From contig NW_003526940.1 of assembly GCF_000181795.1 (NCBI RefSeq), positions 3,281,320 to 3,345,319 on the forward strand: a stretch of 64,000 nucleotides of DNA. The letters are read 5' to 3'. The stretch's first letter is position 1. The number at the start of each line of letters is the position of its first letter. Below are positions 54,642 to 64,000 of the stretch, in pieces. Source of the DNA: Trichinella spiralis. Its lineage: Eukaryota. The notes under the pieces were generated by a model. That model did not search any database and was not told where the DNA came from. It saw nothing but the letters and a program-made list of their open reading frames with translations. The translations under genes and the position numbers were made by a program.

Positions 54642-55491
54642 GGTCACGTTCAGAAATTTCATCAAATTGAGAAATACTTTCCCTCTTCTTTGTACTGCTG
54701 CCTTGATGAAGGCCACACTGAATGGAACCAATCGTCAACGATTTTAATGTTTGGAGACCTTACTTTTCCACATTTACAGCAGTTGCTGTATCCGTGTCAG
54801 AGTTCTCCTGCTTGTCGCAATGGATGTCATTTACTATGTCATCCTTTGTTGGTACATCAGAGGTATTAGCAGCGGTGTCTATATCTTCATACATGCAAAT
54901 GTTATGCCTAGCGTCAAACTTGTCCAGCCATCCAGTGGTGCACGTAAAATCAGTATAACCAAGCATTGCAGCAAATAGCTCAGCTTTAATTTTTAAAATT
55001 GGTCCACTGATTTGGGTTCCAGTTTCGAAATTTTGCCCTCGAAACCATTCCATCAATGCTATTAATGTCGGTTTTCTCACACAAGAGAAACCTTTTCGCA
55101 GATGTGATGCCATTTTCATGTGCATCTAGAATAGCGCTTTGATTTTTCCAAATTATAGAAACAGTCGACTGTGATGAGCCAAACTGCTCACAAACCGAAG
55201 AATTTTTCGTACCATCATTCAATGCATAGATGATAGCAAGTTTTTCTTTCACAGACAATGACTTCCTCTTAGCAAGACTGAGCGATGTATTAAAAGCACA
55301 ACGCGCAACAGCTCTGCACCGTCAGCTACGTCACCACAGTTACTCACAATTGTTACTGATTTCTATCGTCATATCCAAGTTTCAAGATCGATATAAAAAG
55401 TGTTTTTCATGTATACCATATGGCCAAACCAACCAAAAATAATGAAATTTCTATCGCATTAGCTGAACATCGTTATAACCCAGTTCTAATA
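54191..55491 (-). mobile_element. pogo/Tigger (CENP-B-like) DNA transposon with the DDE domain deleted
   Basis: psq-like HTH SVKEKLAII..SQSTVSIIWKN and CENP-B HTH LMEWF..ISGPILKIKA..GWLDKF..RHNI; degenerate TIRs aactcggatataacgatg / catcgttataacccagtt; (TA)n at 54605-54638. Confidence 0.85.
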
Positions 55492-55818
55492 TACGTACAA
55501 CAATAATGAATAGTGCAGAGGTGCTATAATCGTACAGATGCAGGAATATAATAAGATATAAATCTCAAAACATGTCCCATACTAATTTCATTTCGATTAT
55601 GTGTATTCCGTAAGCTGCGCTACGTCGTACGGAACCCCTTCGCCCCACCACCGTCTCAGTTTTACCCTGTTCATCAATGATCAGTTATAGAAATTGATAA
55701 AATACCAGGTGGTTCTGACGTGCTCTTTTGTTCATTCGACTGTGCCAACATTCCAGATGGTTGTTGGTCTGCACAGCCACACCGTGGACATTCCAAGTGA
55801 TTTCCATGTGGCATCATT

Positions 55819-56628
55819 GCCTTTTGTTCATGTTGACAGAAGATTATTAATCACACACAAATGGCGCACAAATGCTGACATCAAACAATGCGACGTCCAC
55901 TGCAGAGAGAATTTGAAGCAACTTTGACAGCTTTTCAGTATTTATTTTATTATTTCATCAAGCAGGTGCTGTTCATCGCTTTTATTCCGCTTTCAAAGTG
56001 CTTTACATTTTATCCACCCGTTTTCATAAATACTGTTCAAAAGAAATGTCAGTTGCTTTCAATCGTCATATAAATTACCTTCTTAGCTAACAATTAAATA
56101 AGATTTATGCCTAAGGTTCTTTTCTGTTTGACAGATATTGTTCTGATGAACGCTATTCAACTACAAAGGGAAAACGTAAAATTGATAAATTGCCACAGCT
56201 GCAGTTTTCAGCTAAAACTGGGAGTGGTGACTGCTGAATGTTAGCATCGAAATACTTTTTTAATTTTGCCTGTCTGTTCTCTGAAAATATTTCTGGCTTG
56301 CAAACGAATTTAGTCTTTCCCGTCTTTCTTTCGCTCCTATTCACAAGAGTTATTGTTTTTCTTCTTATGTATCATTTAAATAAAAAATAAAATCTGGAAT
56401 TCTGTTTAAAGTAAACATCGATGATTATACATTTTGTGTAAACAGTATTAAATTTGTTTTTCAATATTTAAAGTAAATCCAACTACTGGGTTGATTAAAC
56501 ATTCAAGTTGCAATTGTTGTATTACGATGATAATCACATGTTGAAAATTCCAGATCAAAAAGGATCTGTTGTATTTAGAAATCATTTTACCAAACAAAAG
56601 TAAAAGCAAAGAAAATTATTTTTCAGTT
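55819..56628. repeat. Inverted copy of the 9185-10015 repeat
   Basis: Direct sequence comparison. Confidence 0.85.
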
Positions 56629-57118
56629 TCCTAATCCCTATAAAAGCGTGGAAAAAGAGAGGAAAATTATTATTGAGCGAGTCGTGTGGTAGTTGTTAAT
56701 CAGCTGTAGTACACTCGCAGGGCAATCGTACTACACTTGATTATTGACAATTAGGTTCTGCAGCTAACTGTCTTCTCTTGCGCTAGATCAGAATTTTTGC
56801 AAAATCTCGCTTCGTATCTGATAATCGTGAGTATATTTTATTGAATATACAATAAAACAACAGGCAAATACGAATGAACTGATACAACGACTTCTCTTTC
56901 CCACGAACTAAAACCCAACTAAATAATTTACTATTATTCTCTGATTCAATAATAATAAAAGCAATATCGGTTGTTTATTTTTTGCCACAAAAAACAACAA
57001 GATTAATCGATTACAAACGTTGGCAAAGTGGCAGGTTAATGCACACTTCTAAAAATATTATTCGAAGCGTAGGATTCTACAACAGCGTTCATTTCCCAGC
57101 TTGTTGTAAATTTTCGTA

Positions 57119-57497
57119 ATGGCAGATATTCCTAAGTTACGTCTTGTAACTAATCGTCGTGGTAATACGCCCCTTGTGTATGAAGGCAGGGCATACAAAT
57201 TGCTACATACTGGAAAACGGGTAAAAAATTGAGGATGTTTCAAGGTATGTGCTTTGAAAATATTACATATGTACTTTGTTATTAAGAATTAGTTCTGTTT
57301 TGGTACAGGATAAAAAAGAATGCAAACGTGGAGTAACCAACAACCTGGATGTGACAGCGGTGATCAGGCGGACTCCCCATGGTGACGATTCTCCGGTGGA
57401 TGAGCACATCGCGTACAAAATGGAAAAAAGAGTCATTTTAAAAAAGCGGAGTTCGGAAGAAGCGAAGACCCTCCTGCAAATTTATGATGAAGAAGCC
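57119..57497 (+). pseudogene. Third, diverged FLYWCH/MULE fragment with the same intron
   Basis: MADIPKLRLVTNRRGNTPLVYEGRAYKL; the conserved Trp has become TGA; intron gtatgtgct..ggtacag; then EHIAYKMEKRVILKKRS..IYDEEA. Confidence 0.8.
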
Positions 57498-58415
57498 TTC
57501 CTGGGCGTACCTTGTAGCGGTTTCTTGAAGCTTTAATGTACCTCACGCCAGAGCCGATTTAATGCCGCCTTTCAATTGGTGGTTTTGTATAATATTTTTT
57601 GTATAATATTTTATTATCACTGTTGTTATTATCTGTTATTTGCTGCTGTTCATTATTCATATGCTATTCTCTGTTATTTACTATTGATATTGTTGTTGTT
57701 GAGCATTGAAAAGTAAATTTCCTTTAGAAAAATTGACTTCAAAAAATAATTAAACTTCATTTGGCTACCATAACAATGAAACATAAAGAAATTTTTTAAA
57801 AATCATATTAGAAATACTAATGACTAAAAATGCAAAGTGGAAAAGTAAATATTTAAAAGAAAAAACAGCTAAAAACAATGAAAAAATTCCACCGTCAAAT
57901 TGGTGACGTCACGCAGCAAACATTAAAAGAGATCAAAGGTTACCTAATGAATCGTTATGTTATTGAAAATTTGGACCAATGCAATGAAAAAAATTGTAGA
58001 TAATCAAAGCAGAACAATTTTAATCATTGAAAAGTTTAGGCGATAGAACCAATGTTATTACGCCATAACTATGCAATGAGAAGCGATCCAATGATTTTTT
58101 GATTTTTTGAAACTCGATTTTTCGCGAAACAATAGAACATTAGCACTGAAAATTTTACCCTGAGAGACTTCCAATGGCAGAAAAGTTTCCGTGCGAAACA
58201 GTCTGTAAAAGACGGAAAAGTAGATTTGTACATGATAATCATTAAGACCCAACTGTAGTTCTTGCCTTGGTAAGAAAGTCAAGAATAAACGAACGGAATG
58301 TGTCGTGACTAGTTGTGTGCTTGTCATTATGTGTTATTTTTCGTTGCTTTTCCAATTTTGACCTTTGAAACCTTGTATTAATCTATTTCTATTACTTTTG
58401 AGTAAATATTTGTAT

Positions 58416-59640
58416 TGTGACGACGGTGGAACATAATTGTACCTGCACATCCTGCCGTTATTTTTGTAGGACATCGACAGTAGGAGATACCAAGTCGGAA
58501 GCCGGTGATTGTGTGTGGTGCGGCTGTTATTCCGTTTTTGTTATTTCGTCATTGTTGCTTACGCTGTTTTATGCTTTGTTTAATAAAGTTTTCACTTCTC
58601 GCCATGGTCCGAATCACGTAGCGCCGACGAGCGCTACATGTTCGAAACTAGAATGTTTATTTCAACATTTTGTAGCTATTTTTAGATGCTATAAAGGACT
58701 TGTTTACTCGAACGCAACTGCGCTGATTGCGTAGTTTATTGGGACGAGTTTGATAGTCTGCGAAGAAGAGTGGTGAAGTCAACGAAGAAGTTGGCGGTAA
58801 TGAAGCACCGCTTGCAAAGTGATTCTGCTTGAACGTTGTCGTTGAGTTCGAGTAAAACTGTTTCTCTCTGATTGCCGTTATTGCTGAGAGCAGTATGTTT
58901 GTGCGGAATGATATTTGCTTGGACGCAGTTGGTATCACAATTAAACAATGAACCAGAGAAAGCGTAATTCGTCACGTGGACAGATAAGGCGCGAAGAACT
59001 ACACTCAGTACTGGAATCTGATTGTTAGTTATTAAAAGTGTAGTATTGTCCCTTTGATATTACACATTTTTTGGTGCCACGAGCCGGGAACAAGGAGTCT
59101 GGATTTGGAGAGCTAGATACTTCTCAGGTGGTGATAGCTAGTCTGCAACGCAATATCACAGTTAGGAACAGTTAGAAGATTTTCAACTATGGACAACTTG
59201 AACCAACGAAGAGCTGCTCAAGTACGCTGGTTAAAGGTTGCCATGGACAACATGGAAGCAGCTTTAGATGGCAGTGCGGTAGATGGAATGATAGATATCC
59301 GAATTCCAAGGTGTCTCATCCCATTTTGTTTCGCCACAATAAAAAAATAAACAGCTGCACGCATTCGGTGACGCATCGGAAACTGCCTATGGAGCAGTGG
59401 TCTATTTGGTAGTAACAGAGGAAGACCACAGCACAATTTCAAATCTAGTGATGGCCAAATCGCCGGTTGCACCTTTGAAGAAAATGACACTCCCTCGTTT
59501 GGAACTAATGGCGGCACAAATGGCAGCTAAATTGATAACCTTCGTCAGAGACGCTATGAAGATAAGAATTGACAGATTAACTTGCTGTACTCACGGCAAG
59601 ATTACTTTATGTTGGATAAAGGGTTCGTCATTTTAAATTT
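58416..59640 (+). mobile_element. BEL/Pao element: 5' LTR (~58416-59066), PBS, gag start, deletion to an RNase H-like region
   Basis: TGGTGCCACGAGCCGGG at 59072; LHAFGDASETAYGAVVYL..MAKSPVAPLKKMTLPRLELMAA. The 58790-58910 segment recurs at ~60545-60660. Confidence 0.8.
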
Positions 59641-59718
59641 TATTTCAGGAAATTTATCCTATTGTTTCTAACATCATAATGTTCAGTCCTGCTTTTCTAT
59701 TATTCGAANNNNNNNNNN

Positions 59719-60067
59719 GAACTGCCTAGGAGAGCCAGTGGTTTATTGGGTAGTTACCGGAGGAAGCCCCAGCCCCAATTCAATTTTAGTGGAGGGCCAA
59801 TTCGCCGGGTGCCCCCTTGAAGAAAATGGACACTCCCTTCGTTGGAAATTAAAGGGCGGCACAAATGGGCAGGTTAAATTTATTTACTTTTGTCAGAGGC
59901 CGCTAAGGAAGTTAAGAAATTGCCCGGTTAACCTTCCGGTACTCCACGGCCAGGATTACTTTAAGTTGGAAAAAAGGGTTCGTCAATTTAAATTTTTAAT
60001 TTCAGGGAAATTTATCCTATGGTTTCTAACTTCATAATGTTCAAGTCCTGCTTTTTTAATATTTGGA
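59719..60067 (+). other. Error-rich duplicate of 59380-59707 across the N-gap (likely assembly artefact)
   Basis: Colinear with the sequence before the gap but with many homopolymer indels. Confidence 0.8.
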
Positions 60068-60769
60068 ATATATTTTTGGCATGGCCGGTGCCAATTATTT
60101 TTACATTTTTTTCAAGGTTAGGATATTATGGGTGTTTTATTGCACTTTTTAATATCTCTGACTTTGTGTTACTTTTTCTTTGAATCTATCGGAATCAGTG
60201 AAGAAATATGCAGTCTTTTTGATGTTTCTTTTATATCATTTTTTCACGTTTTTGAAAGGATAACTTCCGGTTTCAAATTCTGTCTTATGCAATTAGTACA
60301 ACTTTCACCGGCTGCAAAATAAAGACGCTTCCTTTGACACAGATAAATTTTTGTGATCCTGTATTTTTTGTTCGGTTTAATGCCTTAATATCCTTTTTAA
60401 AGTGGATTGTTGGCCCTTCATCTAAAGGTAATTCACATTTATAATCGTTCTTTTATTTCCAACAAGAAGAATAGATTGTTCAGAATTTATTAGGCATATT
60501 ATTGATCAGTTTCTACAAAAACATGTAACCATGTAAACAAAACGGTGGTGAACCGCCACTTGTAAAGTGGTTCTGCTTCACCGTTGTTGTTGAGATCGTT
60601 GAATAAAACTGTTTCTCTCTGATTGTCGTTATTGCTGAGAGCAATATATTTGTCCGGAACTGTGTGTGAATTTGTGCGGAAATGTTGTGAAAGTAATACT
60701 ATTAAAGTTATGAGCCACAATGTACAAAAATCGGTGCGTTACGAACTCGTAATATTATATCAATTTAAA

Positions 60770-62317
60770 AATGGTATGTAATAAGTGTTAGCTTGGTAAA
60801 GCCTTGTTAATCATTGCATTTCAGAGCGCAACCACGAATATGAGCGGTTGCTTTGTTTGCAGACTTTTGTTAGGTATTCCAACCAGCACCTTTGTGGATT
60901 TGTACCTATGTTTCTCCGAGAACAGTGATAACTGTTTGACTCTATGATCTGTAATATCCTTAATCTGGTAAAGCTTTGTTAATCATTGCATTTCAGAGCG
61001 TCACGAAGAATGTGATTGTTGGCTTTCTTTGCAAAATCTTGTGGTGTACCTCCTAGCAATTTTGCGCATTAGTACCGGTGTTTCTTCAGCGAGAATAGTG
61101 GTAATTGTTTGACTGTATTTTCTGTAATACGTGTTAGCTTCGGAAAGCCTTGTTATTCATAGCAATTCAGAGCGCCATCACGAATATTAGCGGTTGGTTC
61201 GTTTGCAAACTCTTGTTAGGAGTTCCACCTAGCACCTTTGTGCATTTGCAAGTTTCTCGAAAGTGAACATTGGTAATTGCTTGACTGTATTTTCTGTAAT
61301 ACGTGATAGCTTGGTAAAACGCTGTCAATCATTGCATTTCAGAGCGCCCCTACGAATAAGAGAAGCGGGTTCCTTTGCAAACTCTTGTCGGATGTTACTG
61401 CTAGCACTTTTACGGATTTGTGCCTGCGTTTCTCCACTGAGAACAGTGGTAACTGTTTGACACTATGGTCTGTAATGCATATTAAACTTGTAACACCTTG
61501 ATCAGGATTGCAATTCAGAGCGGCACCATTAATATGAGCAGTTGGTTCGTTTGCAAACTCTTGTTAGAAGTTCCTCCTTACAAATTTGTGGATTTGTACC
61601 TATGTTTCTCGGACGTGAATGGTGGTAATTGTTTGTCTCTATGTTCTGTAATATGTGATGGCTTGGAAAAAGCTTTGTTATTCATTGCATTTCAGAGCGC
61701 AACGACGAATATTAGCGATTGTTTTGTTTGTAAACTCTTGTCAGGAGTTCCTCCTACCACTTTTACGGATTTTCACCTCTGTTTCTCAGCATAGAAGTCT
61801 GGTAATGGTTTCTCTCTATGGTTAGTAATACCTTCTCACCTAGTAAAGTCTTGTTAACCATTGCATTTCAGATCCCCACCACGAATATCAGCGTTTGGTC
61901 TGTTTGCAAACTCTTGCCACTAGTTACTCCTAGCACCTTTACGGATTTCTACCTGTGTTTTTTCCGCACAGAAATCAGGGAATGGTTCCTCTCTATGGTC
62001 TGTAATACATTCTAGCCTAGTAAAGCCTTGTTAATCATTGCATTTCAGAGCATCACTACGAATATAAGCGGTTGGTCATTGTGCAAGGTTTTGTCAGGAG
62101 TTTCTCCATCTACGTTTGCAGATTTTTACCTGTGTTTCTCCGCACAGAGATCAGTGAATGGTTCCTTTGTATCGTCTGTAATACCAGCTGAAATGTCAAT
62201 GCCTTGTTAATCATTGCATTTTACTTCGCAACCAAAAACATGATCGGTCGGTCGGTATCCACCATCTTGACAACATTTCCTTCCAGCGTTCTGCACGGAT
62301 GCCCTGTTATTCCACTG
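60770..62317. repeat. Diverged tandem array of ~9 monomers, 172-177 bp each
   Basis: Anchor (a/t)tcattgcatttcAG ends at 60824, 60996, 61170, 61342, 61518, 61695, 61871, 62048, ~62224. The last unit resumes after the LTR at ~63098. Confidence 0.92.
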
Positions 62318-63092
62318 TGTTCCGAACGGAACAACACCGACCTAGTCGGTGTGACGGGGCCTGGGTCTGGGAGCCAGAAGTCGCGGGTAAGACGAAGACA
62401 ATACCCGCACACCGTCGGCCAGATCGTTATCTCGGCATCTGCCGGCTCCGTCAGGGGTCAGATAGACCCCATGCGCAGGCATTGATGGATGACCGTTGCG
62501 TGCTAGACAGTGGCTGTTTACGACATTGCGTCAGTTGCGCGTCAACAAAGTACTTGAAGAAGCCGCCAGATGGACGAGCGCGCCAAGTGGCCATCGCTAG
62601 ATCAAAGGAGCCGAAAGCATAACAGCTTAATTAGAAGCCGACGGTAATTAGATCGGCGCCATCAAAAGCCAGCTCACTTGCTTTGAGCGAGCCGCCCATT
62701 GACGGCCGAGCTCTATATATTTGGCTACCAACGCGCGCCGAATCAGTACTATCCGTGAGGTTGTCGAAGTCAGTCGAACTCGCTGTCGTTTGAGTAACCA
62801 TCGATTTCTCGTACTGTTGTTTCGTCCTCTTATACATTGACTCTCTGTTCGCTGCTGTCGACGGAGTGCGTTCCTCTGATTATTCATAGCCGAATAAACG
62901 AACGTATATTCGTTGTGTGTTTTCGATCTGCTTGCATCCTACTTTACGCGACCGTCTTCTTGACTACCCAGTATTCGGTTGGCCAAGGAGAATCTACATT
63001 ATACAGTCCACTCTCATTTGCCCGACGATCGAACGTCTGGCAAATTGTACTTGAGCATCGCGAGCGTACAGAACCCTCCTACGGTTCTAACA
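62318..63092 (+). mobile_element. Solo LTR, 775 bp, inserted in the ninth tandem unit
   Basis: TGTT..AACA ends; TSD CACTG at 62313-62317 and 63093-63097; homologous to 52584-53390. Confidence 0.9.
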
Positions 63093-63439
63093 CACTGAAA
63101 AGAATGGTGATCGTATGACTTCAGTGACGAGAATTTCGGCTTCACTACACAGCAGTTGGAACACAGCCTATTTCATATTAAAATTGGCAATTTCTACCCA
63201 CATGCAGTTCGTTTCAAATTTGGTAATATTTCATAACTTGAAAATCCTGAATTTCTACTGTGAGATTACTGTATTTTAAAAATAGAATAATTTCTTTACC
63301 AAAAGTAATACGATTTTGTGTATTTGATTAAATTGGTTATAGTTGATTTATTTCAACTGTTACTGTCTCTAGAGTTACCGTTTCATGTAACCAAACGACA
63401 GTTCTCGGTTCGTTTCAAATCAATATTCGCGTAATGAAC

Positions 63440-63812
63440 TGTAACGGGCCGCTACCTCGAGCGGGCTCCTCCGCTTCTTCCACCGGCTTATTGACGCGTC
63501 CATCGCTATTTGGCGACGGGCCGGTATTGACTGGTGCATTTCCCTTTCGGTCAGTCTCGCGCTTTCCTGATGGCATTGCGACAACAAAAGAACAAGCAAT
63601 GAGTATATACTTTATTAGACAATCGGAAACAAGGATCGACGACGATGAAAACACGAGCACACTTCTGGCAACATGCCAACACTGATGTAAAACAACCCTT
63701 ACCGTACTGCTCCTCCGATCTTCATGTATTATTCTTCATACTGTAGCTTCAGTGTTCTTCGTCTTCATTTTCTGCAGGAAAGATCTCATTAGTTCGGTCC
63801 GTGTCCGCTGCA
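63440..63812 (-). mobile_element. Solo LTR, 373 bp
   Basis: TG..CA ends; imperfect TSD GAAC/GAGC; homologous to 23168-23483. Confidence 0.7.
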
Positions 63813-64000
63813 GAGCTTTGTAATCTAAGACGTTCGTGAAGTTTTGTTTCAGTTAGGTGCTACGCGTAAATACTAAGCTTGCGCGATTTTGTATAACGTG
63901 CAGCTGCTGTGTGTTAAAAAAAGAAACGAGAAGAATACGAAGAAACATGATTTGATCAGTATCAGCGACGGGAAAAACGTTCATCCGTGATACGGACGTT

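Noticed and set aside
60770..62317. Regularly spaced repeats as a CRISPR-like array
   Set aside because: Whole monomers are homologous, so there are no unique spacers; no cas genes; eukaryotic context.

Overview
AT-rich eukaryotic (metazoan) draft-assembly window with short GT-AG introns and two 10-N scaffold gaps (1085-1094, 59709-59718). Gene style and repeat content suggest a nematode, plausibly Trichinella-like; this is inference, not shown directly. Spliced host genes I could reconstruct: KRR1 (cut by the first gap), a Lys-rich membrane-anchored orphan, a 100-aa NDUFA3-like gene absent from the ORF track, PGS1, tyrosyl-tRNA synthetase with a C-terminal EMAP II-like domain, a 7TM receptor, ALG8, RPB10 and DDX52/ROK1. 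There is also one tRNA-Lys(TTT). The rest, especially 41.4-64 kb, is nested and decayed transposable elements (Ty3/Gypsy, BEL/Pao, piggyBac, pogo/Tigger, MULE-FLYWCH, hAT MITE) plus a ~176-bp tandem array. I found no clearly new multi-gene system. The best leads are compensatory hairpins at the 5' end of two solo LTRs, the hidden NDUFA3-like gene, a TyrRS with EMAP II but no ELR motif, the ~176-bp array, and piggyBac ends with 18-bp palindromes and an embedded 140-bp mini-element.
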